Source: a virus (Duplodnaviria > Caudoviricetes). Taken from it: a DNA stretch of 64,000 nucleotides. Positions 48,393-56,330 of the stretch are shown piece after piece; positions within the stretch are counted from its first letter, which is position 1, and the number at the start of each line of letters is the position of its first letter. Location of the stretch: the IMG/VR virus record IMGVR_UViG_3300046170_000211, positions 685-64,684 of that record; one strand, written 5' to 3'. A model generated the notes under the pieces. That model saw nothing but the letters and a program-made list of their open reading frames with translations, did not search any database and was not told the DNA's origin. A program made the position numbers and the translations under genes.

Positions 48393-48533
48393 TATAGATG
48401 TACAATCTGCAACGCAGACAATAAGCCAGACTATATGTTTAATGATGAGAAATGTATGGACTGCGTCACCGAGTTAGAGTGGCAAGACAAAGAAGAATAC
48501 CAATCATATACGGAGGGCTACCAAGATGAATAG
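48390..48533 (+). CDS. Small Zn-binding early protein (47 aa), not in ORF track
   Basis: MYRCTICNADNKPDYMFNDEKCMDCVTELEWQDKEEYQSYTEGYQDE behind an AAAGGA RBS. Confidence 0.65.
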   Translation: MYRCTICNADNKPDYMFNDEKCMDCVTELEWQDKEEYQSYTEGYQDE

Positions 48534-48600
48534 TGGAATATGGGAACTATCATTCGTACTAATCTTTATAGGACTATGTATAGGGTGGGTAATGCTATGA
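48526..48600 (+). CDS. 24-aa membrane peptide, not in ORF track
   Basis: MNSGIWELSFVLIFIGLCIGWVML; GGAGG RBS; ATGA overlap with the next ORF. Confidence 0.5.
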   Translation: MNSGIWELSFVLIFIGLCIGWVML

Positions 48601-48698
48601 GATATATTAGTAAACATGGCTGGTTATATATAATGGTTATACTTGCTGGGCTATACTTCCCAGCAAGGGCTATTGCATTTTGGGGGTTTGGTATATGA
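48597..48698 (+). CDS. 33-aa membrane peptide, not in ORF track
   Basis: MRYISKHGWLYIMVILAGLYFPARAIAFWGFGI; ATGA overlaps on both sides. Confidence 0.5.
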   Translation: MRYISKHGWLYIMVILAGLYFPARAIAFWGFGI

Positions 48699-49021
48699 GT
48701 CACGCAACTTTTTATAGTGTGTTATGCCTGTTAGTTTTGGGTGTAGCCATGTGGCAGGTGTGGTCTATGAGTAAGTCAGCAAGATACTGTGCGACTTGTG
48801 GTAAGAAGTTCTACCCCAAGTCATACTCAGCATACCCTCAAGATGATTACTCTTGCACAGATTATCCAACACGATATGAAGTAGAGCCAATCCACAAGCA
48901 CTTTCATTCACAACGCTGTATGAAAGAGTGGATTGCAAGATACTCTCGAGAGTTCTCTAATTTAATTGACAACATATCACATAATGTGATACAAGAAGAT
49001 AGCAACCAACAGAAAGGATAA
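48695..49021 (+). CDS. Early protein with N-terminal TM helix and Zn-finger-like motif
   Basis: MSHATFYSVLCLLVLGVAMW then CATCGKKF...FHSQRC. Confidence 0.55.
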   Translation: MSHATFYSVLCLLVLGVAMWQVWSMSKSARYCATCGKKFYPKSYSAYPQDDYSCTDYPTRYEVEPIHKHFHSQRCMKEWIARYSREFSNLIDNISHNVIQEDSNQQKG

Positions 49022-49027
49022 CAAATG
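48966..49027 (+). promoter_or_regulatory. Early promoter/RBS unit P2 with perfect operator-like palindrome
   Basis: TTGACA then TATCACAT-A-ATGTGATA (48975-48991), then AGAAAGGATAACAAATG. Confidence 0.7.
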
Positions 49028-49981
49028 GAAGCTAATAAACTAAGACTAAACCAACAGAAACGACAGCTACTCAAAAGAGAGTGGGCTTCGACTGTTTGGA
49101 ATAAGACACCTATGGAAGTTGAGGACAATCTAAAACTTGCCATTGAAAATTACAGAACAGTAAAACAACAAACTTGGGATAATGTAATCACACCGATAAT
49201 GGACGATAAGTTTCCACTAGAGGATATGCAAGTATTAGCCAAGTACGATAGAGGTAGCAATCACTATCGATCATTCACAGAAATAGATCAATGCTTTTAT
49301 TTTAAGCCGACACATACAGATAGTAGTGAAAGCCAATACAAGTGGACTATTAGTGATGATGAAATGCTAGCATTGTATCACTTCGAGTTGCAAGAGAAAG
49401 GACACCAAGCGACACTAGAAGTTGAGTATAGTGAGACAAGTAGAGATCGCAACCCTCACTATCACGAAAAGACAAAAGCTATGGAAGAAGATTTGTCAAA
49501 AGTATCAACAAGTCTTGATCGTGGTTTGTGGAATAAACATGGCTATCATAGAGGAGGTAGAGATTATAGTGATGACATTTCTGCTTTCAGTCGTATCGTA
49601 CCGAATACGGGTGGTTGTCATTCTCGTACTATGATGTGTGGCGAAACACATTGGGAACAACTTAAAATGTATGCAAAGGCTCAAAGCAGTTTGACAAATG
49701 CACACCGAGAGTTGTGGCAAATGAAATACGAGTTAGTCAAAGATATGAACAGTATCATTGACCAAGCTAAGTTCTTGTCTGATGTCAAAGAGTATTGGCC
49801 AGATGTTCAAGAGTGTGTTTCGTTTGAGACAAGCGACATATCAAGAGAGTTATCTATTGTATCAGACGATACAAGAGAGAGACTAAAACATTCACTTGCA
49901 GTTAGACAGACTGCAAGAGAACAGCAACCAAAAGAAGTTGAAGTTGTTGTGCCAACGCAAGGTTTTGCTCTGGTAAATTAA
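49025..49981 (+). CDS. Hypothetical early protein (318 aa)
   Basis: ORF track; strong RBS. Confidence 0.75.
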   Translation: MEANKLRLNQQKRQLLKREWASTVWNKTPMEVEDNLKLAIENYRTVKQQTWDNVITPIMDDKFPLEDMQVLAKYDRGSNHYRSFTEIDQCFYFKPTHTDSSESQYKWTISDDEMLALYHFELQEKGHQATLEVEYSETSRDRNPHYHEKTKAMEEDLSKVSTSLDRGLWNKHGYHRGGRDYSDDISAFSRIVPNTGGCHSRTMMCGETHWEQLKMYAKAQSSLTNAHRELWQMKYELVKDMNSIIDQAKFLSDVKEYWPDVQECVSFETSDISRELSIVSDDTRERLKHSLAVRQTAREQQPKEVEVVVPTQGFALVN

Positions 49982-49989
49982 TACTTCTG

Positions 49990-50145
49990 ATACTTGGCAT
50001 GGTAGATATATCTGTAAGCCCAAGTATAAACCGCTGTGCGGTGACAAGATAGACAGTAGTGTAGTAGACTCAAGTATCTTGTCTTTGGACGGCGTCCAGT
50101 CCCTGAAGAGCTAGTAGACTCTATTAGAGAAATGCTGCTTCAGGG
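49990..50145 (+). ncRNA. Candidate structured element with five consecutive hairpins
   Basis: Stems ATACTTGG/CCAAGTAT, ACCGC/GCGGT, GACAAGATA/TATCTTGTC, TGGAC/GTCCA, CCCTGAAG/CTTCAGGG. Confidence 0.4.
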
Positions 50146-50146
50146 C

Positions 50147-50165
50147 CAAGCCGCAAGCAACAAGC
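50147..50165 (+). repeat. CAAGCnn heptamer array A (3 units)
   Basis: CAAGC at 50147, 50154, 50161. Confidence 0.8.
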
Positions 50166-50176
50166 GCATTTTTTAT

Positions 50177-50239
50177 TTGACAATGTGTCATGAATATGGG
50201 ACATTATGATATTAATAACAAAGAAAGGATAATACAATG
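50177..50239 (+). promoter_or_regulatory. Early promoter/RBS unit P3
   Basis: TTGACA-N12-TATGGGACATTATGATATTAAT...AGAAAGGATAATACAATG. Confidence 0.75.
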
Positions 50240-50605
50240 CCAAACTTTAAAGTAGCAATAATACCTGCTGGAGATGGTCCAGTTAAACTACAAACTATCG
50301 AAGGTGAAGACGGTCCAGCGTTTGAGACTATCTATCCTCTGATCAATGCAGACATGATACAAATCGTTGAAGGTAAATGGAACGACGTCAAAGAAAATAT
50401 AATCTTTGATTGCGATCTATACTGTGACGAAGAGGGACGCCTAAATGGTAAGCAACACAACTGGAGAGCATCCCAACTGCGATACAATAAACTAAAAGCA
50501 ATTGAGGACCAGCTGACGCCCGACTGGCGCGACTGGTGCCATATCGTTGGCGACGTTGCCATGGTGGTCGAGGACAACCCCGACCTGCAATGGGAGACTC
50601 AGTGA
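50237..50605 (+). CDS. DUF3846-like protein
   Basis: IQIV...LYCDEEGRL...N..AS...IVGDVAMV pattern. Confidence 0.7.
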   Translation: MPNFKVAIIPAGDGPVKLQTIEGEDGPAFETIYPLINADMIQIVEGKWNDVKENIIFDCDLYCDEEGRLNGKQHNWRASQLRYNKLKAIEDQLTPDWRDWCHIVGDVAMVVEDNPDLQWETQ

Positions 50606-50708
50606 ATAGATCCACTTACAAAAGCAAGATGCTCCGGGCTGGTCCCGGGGCACCTGCTGAGCGTTCAGAGCCGTTCGGTCATGTTAATGACTACTGGATT
50701 CAAAGGCG

Positions 50709-50751
50709 CAAGCAGCGCGAAGCGGCAAGCGCCAAGCGCCAAGCAACAAGC
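50709..50751 (+). repeat. CAAGCnn heptamer array B (about 6 units)
   Basis: CAAGC at 50709, 50726, 50733, 50740, 50747; GAAGC at 50719. Confidence 0.85.
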
Positions 50752-50760
50752 AAAGAAACA

Positions 50761-50820
50761 TTGACTTTATTTAAATAGTATGGGATAACATGATATTAAT
50801 AATAGAAAGGATAATATATG
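50761..50820 (+). promoter_or_regulatory. Early promoter/RBS unit P4
   Basis: TTGACT-N12-TATGGGATAACATGATATTAAT...AGAAAGGATAATATATG. Confidence 0.75.
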
Positions 50821-51051
50821 GACGAAGTATACTACAATAGCACCAGCCGCGGGCGTATACCTGTATCTGATATGTGCGACGAACACGTGAGACGAGCATT
50901 TAAAAAACTACTGCGAGACATCCACGAGATGACTGGCAAAGAGGCGCCGCTGGAACATTATCTACATCTTTTTGAAGGTGAGGGGCCAAACTTTAATAAT
51001 ATATACGTGAGAATTAACGGCGGGATGGTTAGATATGAACGCGTCAAATAG
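50818..51051 (+). CDS. Hypothetical early protein
   Basis: ORF track; behind P4. Confidence 0.7.
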   Translation: MDEVYYNSTSRGRIPVSDMCDEHVRRAFKKLLRDIHEMTGKEAPLEHYLHLFEGEGPNFNNIYVRINGGMVRYERVK

Positions 51052-51640
51052 AAAGATAATCACAGGGGGGCTAAGCAAGCCCTCCAAGATGCCTGGCTAC
51101 GCGTACAACTTACCGGCGACAGAATGCAAGATAGGTTCTAAGCTTGTTAAGATACCGGGCTCGGTGTGTCATGGCTGCTATGCTTTAAAAGGCCGTTATA
51201 GATTTCCAAATGTTAAAGAAGCAATGCACAGAAGACTGGCCAGTATACAGGACCCGCTATGGGTGGAGACTATGGCCGCGGACATTAACGCCCGCAAGTC
51301 TAAATATTTTAGATGGCATGACTCAGGCGACATCCAAACAATAGAACACTTACGAAAAATATTCGACGTATGCAGGCTGACGCCTGACGTCGCGCACTGG
51401 ATACCCACGCGGGAGTCCGGGATCCTTTCTAAGATTGACCCGGACGAAGTGCCGGGCAATCTAACAATAAGGTTAAGCGCAACAATGGTAGACGGCAGCG
51501 CGCCTAAGAGCTGGGCCCTGACAAGTACCGTTGTATCAACTGGGCGTACGTGTCCGGCACCTGATCAGAATAACGAATGCAAGACGTGCCGCGCCTGCTG
51601 GGACCAGTCGATTCCAAACATAGCATATGGCAAACACTAA
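51035..51640 (+). CDS. GP88-like Cys-rich (radical-SAM-related) phage protein
   Basis: SKMPG, C...CHGCYA, FRWHDSGD, LTIRLS, CPA...CKTCRACW. Confidence 0.75.
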   Translation: MNASNRKIITGGLSKPSKMPGYAYNLPATECKIGSKLVKIPGSVCHGCYALKGRYRFPNVKEAMHRRLASIQDPLWVETMAADINARKSKYFRWHDSGDIQTIEHLRKIFDVCRLTPDVAHWIPTRESGILSKIDPDEVPGNLTIRLSATMVDGSAPKSWALTSTVVSTGRTCPAPDQNNECKTCRACWDQSIPNIAYGKH

Positions 51641-51751
51641 CCCGCTAATCGGGCGGACCTTTCCCTTCTCAAGGGAAAGGATCGAACCCTTATACAAAAA
51701 CAGGATACAAGCGGACCTCAGGCGTGAACAGATGCGCGCGAACTATAAAAA

Positions 51752-51814
51752 AAAGCGGCAAGCTTCAAGCAGCGAGCCACAAGCCACAAGCGTCAAGCTT
51801 CAAGCAACGAGCGC
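51752..51814 (+). repeat. CAAGCnn heptamer array C (9 units in exact 7-bp phase)
   Basis: Units at 51752, 51759, 51766, 51773, 51780, 51787, 51794, 51801, 51808; abuts TTGACA at 51815. Confidence 0.9.
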
Positions 51815-51874
51815 TTGACAAAAGACTCAGGATATGGGATAACATGATATTAAATAACAGAAAGGATACTTATG
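51815..51874 (+). promoter_or_regulatory. Early promoter/RBS unit P5
   Basis: TTGACA-N12-TATGGGATAACATGATATTAAAT...AGAAAGGATACTTATG. Confidence 0.75.
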
Positions 51875-52175
51875 ACATTAAACTTAGTAAAAGGCGAATT
51901 CAGTTCACTGGAAGATGCGCTGCGCGCTCAGGTCAAACTGCTACAGGAGAAAGGCGAAAAGCTGCTGCTCATGGTAGCGAAGCGCGACGAAAAGATCCAC
52001 GGACCTGGAAATCCTGGTGGAGGGTCATCGCGAATCTATCCGGGAGTACAAGCACGAGCTGGAGAAGCTACAGGCAGACAAAGAGCTCAACAAAGGCATC
52101 ATCCACGGGCAGAGCGAGGTCATCGACGACCTCAGGTCCCAGCTGGAGACGCCAATCAACTTCGACGACGACTAA
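51872..52175 (+). pseudogene. Coiled-coil protein interrupted by a 1-nt frameshift near 51997
   Basis: Removing one C gives MTLNLVK...KRDEKI-TDLEILVEGHRESIREYKHELEKLQADKELNKG...NFDDD*, ending just before a UUCG hairpin. Confidence 0.65.
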
Positions 52176-52177
52176 TG

Positions 52178-52202
52178 GACCGGGCCCTTCGGGGCCCGTC
52201 TT
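52178..52202 (+). terminator. Hairpin closing the early region
   Basis: CGGGCCC-TTCG-GGGCCCG. Confidence 0.6.
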
Positions 52203-52215
52203 CAGGATACAGAAT

Positions 52216-52317
52216 CAAGCTACAAGCGACAAGCCTCAAGCTCCAAGCAGCAAGCGTTCTTCCAAAGCATCAAGCCCCAAGCAGCAAGCGTCAAGCTCCA
52301 AGCCGCAAGCAGCAAGC
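52216..52317 (+). repeat. CAAGCnn heptamer array D (6 + 8 units)
   Basis: CAAGC every 7 bp at 52216-52255 and 52264-52317. Confidence 0.9.
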
Positions 52318-52601
52318 TCCTGGATCGCGCTGCCTTCATAAAGTTTAATGACTCTTTGCTCGTGGTGCTCGGCTATGATGAACGTGTTTGTAGGGTGCTT
52401 GATATGGAACGCAATTTGGTGTGGTGAGAAGGTTAATTTATTACCTTTAGATACCTTTAATTCAACAGTAAAAAATCCACGTTTTTCAGTGTACCCAACT
52501 AGATCAGGAAAGCCAAAACTGGCCCAAGACTCTACTCTTGTCCATGTGATATTAGGTGTTTTCTTCTTGACTTTTTGCCAGAGTTTAGACTCGTTTTTCA
52601 G
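52236..52601 (-). CDS. VRR-NUC / PD-(D/E)xK nuclease (resolvase-like), CTG start, not in ORF track
   Basis: Hand translation (L)KNESKLWQKVKKKTPNITWTRVESWASFGFPDLVGY...VELKVSKGNKLTFSPHQIAFH; GGAG 9 nt upstream of the CTG. Confidence 0.8.
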   Translation of the reverse strand: MKNESKLWQKVKKKTPNITWTRVESWASFGFPDLVGYTEKRGFFTVELKVSKGNKLTFSPHQIAFHIKHPTNTFIIAEHHEQRVIKLYEGSAIQELAACGLELDACCLGLDALEERLLLGA

Positions 52602-52607
52602 GGTATG

Positions 52608-52847
52608 CTACTCCACTAAAATCATGAGCCTATACTTCTCATATTTAGGACCAATCAGCTTGTTTTCGATTAGCTTAATCTCTTTTATGTTGAACTCTTT
52701 TTGCATAGGATTACGTCCTTCAGGTAAGATCATTTGAACTCTAGCGTCTCCACCCTCTTCTGATTCACAGAATCTAGTTAATACTTGCATCAGTTTTTTA
52801 GTGTTGTACCAATGATTACTCATGTTAAAGGTGGCCCCGCAAACCAT
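52608..52847 (-). CDS. Hypothetical protein (probable start MSNHW at 52823)
   Basis: ORF track. Confidence 0.6.
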   Translation of the reverse strand: MVCGATFNMSNHWYNTKKLMQVLTRFCESEEGGDARVQMILPEGRNPMQKEFNIKEIKLIENKLIGPKYEKYRLMILVE

Positions 52848-53479
52848 AATACTAAACTATATCTTGTACCTACTCTTACAGGTCGTACCCTGTGTGGTAA
52901 ATAACTTGGAAAAAAAATCATGTCTCCTTGTTTTGGTTTAATTTCTTGTTTTTTAAGTTCTAAAGGGTCTACATCTAAGTAAGCTGTGTCAAACTCTCCG
53001 CCTGAAAAATTATCGTTCAATAATACTGAACAAGAAAGTTTACGTGTAGTATCTATAAGATTAGCAGCATTTGTTTCTCTTAGGTTTTTAGGAGAATCAA
53101 AACCAAATCTCCTATTTGCTATTTGATCAGAGTATCCATCTACATGCCAGTCGTATTTACCCTCACCTTCATATTTAGTAAACTGTAACTGTTCTTGAGT
53201 AGTAATATCCATATTCCAGCCAGCCATATGATTTGCTACTTTCATCATCTCCCAACATCTTCTGTATGTAGCTTCATCATTTACCCAACAAATTTCAGAT
53301 TTCCTAGGAGAGTTTTCTTCTTCAGAAGAGACAATTTTGTCCCCTTCCTGGTGTTTAGCTGAATGTGTTTTATCTTTGTAAAGTTCTATTAATTGTTCAC
53401 AATGCTCTTTAACAAACGCATTGTGAATAACAAACGCTGGTGATTTATTGTACTCTTGGTTTCTAAACGAAGTGTGCAT
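52820..53479 (-). CDS. 2OG-Fe(II) oxygenase (prolyl-4-hydroxylase-like)
   Basis: LQFTKY, YDWHVD, RKLSCSVLLN, GGEF, FFPSYLPHRV, RYSLVLW. Confidence 0.92.
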   Translation of the reverse strand: MHTSFRNQEYNKSPAFVIHNAFVKEHCEQLIELYKDKTHSAKHQEGDKIVSSEEENSPRKSEICWVNDEATYRRCWEMMKVANHMAGWNMDITTQEQLQFTKYEGEGKYDWHVDGYSDQIANRRFGFDSPKNLRETNAANLIDTTRKLSCSVLLNDNFSGGEFDTAYLDVDPLELKKQEIKPKQGDMIFFPSYLPHRVRPVRVGTRYSLVLWFAGPPLT

Positions 53480-53622
53480 TATCTTTTCTTTCCTTGTCCT
53501 CTATATCTTTTATGGTTACGTCGTTTGTGTTTATTTTTAGGTCGGGACCTAACACTATTACCAATAGACGTTCTTTTTTTGGGTCCTGGAGTATGCTCTG
53601 AATATAGTTTACTCTTTTTCAT
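53479..53622 (-). CDS. Small basic protein (47 aa), not in ORF track
   Basis: MKKSKLYSEHTPGPKKRTSIGNSVRSRPKNKHKRRNHKRYRGQGKKR. Confidence 0.6.
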   Translation of the reverse strand: MKKSKLYSEHTPGPKKRTSIGNSVRSRPKNKHKRRNHKRYRGQGKKR

Positions 53623-54085
53623 CTAAAACTTGATAGTCTCCTTCTACTAAAACTTTATTTTCTTCATATATTTTTTTCATTTTATTTTCTAATTCTTCAA
53701 GAGACATGTCTTCTAACTTACCTGTACGTATAATTTTTTGTTCTATGTACAACCCTGCCGCTTTACCTCTTGCAACTTCTGCATTTGCCGCTGCACTAAA
53801 CGCACCTTTTTCTAAAGCAGCTTGTCTAATTTTAGCTAGTTCTGTTATGTGTTTTTCAAATGTTACAGAATATTTCTTTTGGTTCTCTTGTCTTAGTTCT
53901 CCAATATATTTAGCAACTAAAGGATAGTTATTTGGATTCATTAATTGTGATGATTTGACTTGCGCACTTCCTTCAGCATATCCTGCCTCTATTGCGCATT
54001 CTGTTTGTGTCTTACGGCCTTCATTAGCAACCATTAATTGACAAAACTTTATTTGTTGTTCTGTGAGTTTTTTAGGTATACCCAT
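53609..54085 (-). CDS. terS: Terminase small subunit
   Basis: LTEQQIKF...TECAIEAGY HTH-like start; AEVARGKAAGLY. Confidence 0.75.
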   Translation of the reverse strand: MGIPKKLTEQQIKFCQLMVANEGRKTQTECAIEAGYAEGSAQVKSSQLMNPNNYPLVAKYIGELRQENQKKYSVTFEKHITELAKIRQAALEKGAFSAAANAEVARGKAAGLYIEQKIIRTGKLEDMSLEELENKMKKIYEENKVLVEGDYQVLDEKE

Positions 54086-54118
54086 AAGGTATGTTATACT
54101 ATGTATAACGTAAGATAG

Positions 54119-54652
54119 TCAAGCTATGTTTTGCCATTGTGTTTGTAAAGGGTCAGACCAAACTGGGACTAGTTTCTGTCCTCTAAAAAATACATCAGAA
54201 ACGTTAAAATTTATGTCTTCGTACCAAACCATGTCTGCACCAGCTGCTACAAGACGTTCTCTTTCTGGTACCCATATCTCATCATACACTTTAGTCATTC
54301 CTAGTTTAGAATGATTATAATCTACAGGATCAAACTTAAAATCTATGTTTGGTAGTTTGCCGTGATGGTGTTTGTTTACGGCGGACATGTATGCGCTGTA
54401 CAGCCAGGCGTCTTTGTCTCTACGATCTAAAACAATATATTTATCAGCGCCTTCTAATCTTTGATAGGTGTACAAATATTGATATTTAAAAATAATATTA
54501 TCTTGTTGTGGTAATACAGGAGTAATCACTTCATACTCCATGTCGTAGTCTGGTAATAACTGGTGTAAGTAACACAACATCCAAGTGCTGCCGCACCTAC
54601 CTGGATTAACTATGCAAATTTTCATATAACTCGTTTCCGATGCAAATAGCAT
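54119..54652 (-). CDS. Sulfotransferase-like protein
   Basis: PGRCGSTW (PAPS-binding loop pattern), IVLDRRD, WYED. Confidence 0.55.
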   Translation of the reverse strand: MLFASETSYMKICIVNPGRCGSTWMLCYLHQLLPDYDMEYEVITPVLPQQDNIIFKYQYLYTYQRLEGADKYIVLDRRDKDAWLYSAYMSAVNKHHHGKLPNIDFKFDPVDYNHSKLGMTKVYDEIWVPERERLVAAGADMVWYEDINFNVSDVFFRGQKLVPVWSDPLQTQWQNIA

Positions 54653-56105
54653 CTAGTTTTATTTTTTTAGCGTCCTCTATTGTAGCAACAATTGGTTTAC
54701 CTTTTATATTAAGTGATGTGTTTCCTACAATTGGAACATCAATAAGTTTCTCAACTTCATCTAACAATTCATAATATACTTCGTTCTCTTGTGGTACAGT
54801 TTGATGTCTACATGTACCGTCGACATGAGTAACAGCGGGTATACCAGAATATTGAACATTAGAGTTATACAACATATGCCTACTAACTGGTAAATCAAAA
54901 AACATATGCGCATAATCTTCTTTTACGCTTGCACCAAAAGGTCTCCACCATTCTCTTTGTTTTACTTTGTTGATTGTTGTTTTGCCGTTTTTGTGTGTTG
55001 GATTAAAAAGTATACTACGATTACCTAATGCTCTTGGACCAACCTCACCGTGTCCTTGATACCAACCAACTACTTTGTTTTGTGCAATAAGTTCGGCAAC
55101 TCGCTTAATTAACGACCTCTGAGGCCTCTCATGTGGTGATTGATCGTCCTGTTCCCAATGATTTGGCCTCTCAATGTCATGTTTATCCAACAAAAAATTC
55201 AATGCACCTATACTGCAACCACCATCATATGCCCAAGGATAAATTTCAGGTTTATAACCAGCATCAATCATCGCTCTATTAAATACAACGTTTTGAGCAA
55301 CGCCGCCAGAATAACCAAAAGGTTCTCTAGTGTGTATGCGTGCTTGTAAGTTTTGTTCACAAAATTTATGAACTGTAGCAATGTGATTAATATCTATGTC
55401 CAAAAGACTATCACTTAAAGATTTTACTGTTGTTCTAGGAAAAGGAGATTGTAATAAATTTTTAATCTCTTTCATGTTTGGTTTGCCGTAAGCTTGCAAA
55501 CCCATTATCTTTCCAGGTAAGTCTATCAAAGAAGAAAAATCTTTCCAATGTTTTTTTATATTATCCTTTGTTAAAAAATCTTTAAACCATCCTTCTAATA
55601 AATGAGGTTTACCATAATTTTCTTCTCTCATTTTTAAATCAAATTTTCTTAAATCTTTTTCGTTATCAAAATATTTAGACCAAAGAGCTGTGTTTAAAAC
55701 TGTTGGGAGAGGGAAATCTTTAATTCTTTGTATGTTGTCACCCTCTTGTACTAATCCTGTATACCAAGTCTGTTCTTTGTCAGTACCAGGACCCACAGAC
55801 CAGGCATCAACAACATAATTATAATTATATTTTTTTGGTGAAGACAACAGATGAGCATAATGATGATCTAAACGATAATGTGTGTCTGTTACTTTTGAGG
55901 GGTCCTTGCCTTTAAGCCAGGTTGCTTGTGAAATAATAGGATTTTCTATTTCCCATTCTTTTAAAACTTGTGTTGCCCAGTCTACAGAAGCATGTGCGTG
56001 TTTCACACCTGTCTGTCTTTCTGCTTTTCTATATAAAAACTTTCCGTTTTTGTACGCAGCTATACTGCTATCATGTACTGTAAGACCTAATCCTACTAAA
56101 TTCAT
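54606..56105 (-). CDS. Carbamoyltransferase (NodU/CmcH/TobZ family)
   Basis: HDSS, HHYAH, GKIMGLQAYG, SGGVAQN, EVGPRALGNRSIL, KQREWWRPFG, HVDGTCRHQTV, NTSLN. Confidence 0.92.
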   Translation of the reverse strand: MNLVGLGLTVHDSSIAAYKNGKFLYRKAERQTGVKHAHASVDWATQVLKEWEIENPIISQATWLKGKDPSKVTDTHYRLDHHYAHLLSSPKKYNYNYVVDAWSVGPGTDKEQTWYTGLVQEGDNIQRIKDFPLPTVLNTALWSKYFDNEKDLRKFDLKMREENYGKPHLLEGWFKDFLTKDNIKKHWKDFSSLIDLPGKIMGLQAYGKPNMKEIKNLLQSPFPRTTVKSLSDSLLDIDINHIATVHKFCEQNLQARIHTREPFGYSGGVAQNVVFNRAMIDAGYKPEIYPWAYDGGCSIGALNFLLDKHDIERPNHWEQDDQSPHERPQRSLIKRVAELIAQNKVVGWYQGHGEVGPRALGNRSILFNPTHKNGKTTINKVKQREWWRPFGASVKEDYAHMFFDLPVSRHMLYNSNVQYSGIPAVTHVDGTCRHQTVPQENEVYYELLDEVEKLIDVPIVGNTSLNIKGKPIVATIEDAKKIKLDAICIGNELYENLHS

Positions 56106-56108
56106 ATT

Positions 56109-56330
56109 CTACTCTATAATTTTTTTTATTTTTAATCTCCCCATGTCTTCGAAGACTACGGCCTCTACTTCCTTACAGCTCATGTATATGCCTTCTTGAT
56201 CTTCTCCAATGTTGCGAGAGATAGTGCGTTTTTGTTTGAGACAATCACTAAGACCATCTGTAGGCACCATTTCTATTGTCGAACCGTTTTGTATCATAAG
56301 TATTGCGAACACAACTTTAATGGTTTCCAT
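56109..56330 (-). CDS. Hypothetical protein
   Basis: ORF track; LSDCLKQKR. Confidence 0.6.
   Translation of the reverse strand: METIKVVFAILMIQNGSTIEMVPTDGLSDCLKQKRTISRNIGEDQEGIYMSCKEVEAVVFEDMGRLKIKKIIE

Noticed and set aside
50147-52317. CAAGC arrays as a CRISPR or mini-CRISPR array
   Set aside because: Repeats are 5 bp with 2-bp gaps; there are no spacer-length unique sequences and no cas operon.
51724-52341. 205-aa plus-strand ORF (and the similar 50536-50778 ORF)
   Set aside because: They cross promoter modules and translate the heptamer repeats (QASS/KPQA); probably spurious.
52599-52610. Genome-wide TAG recoding
   Set aside because: Long genes are intact under the standard code and TAG ends other genes normally; only local readthrough remains possible.
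52348-52737. 129-aa plus-strand ORF
   Set aside because: It is antisense to the better-supported PD-(D/E)xK nuclease at 52236-52601.
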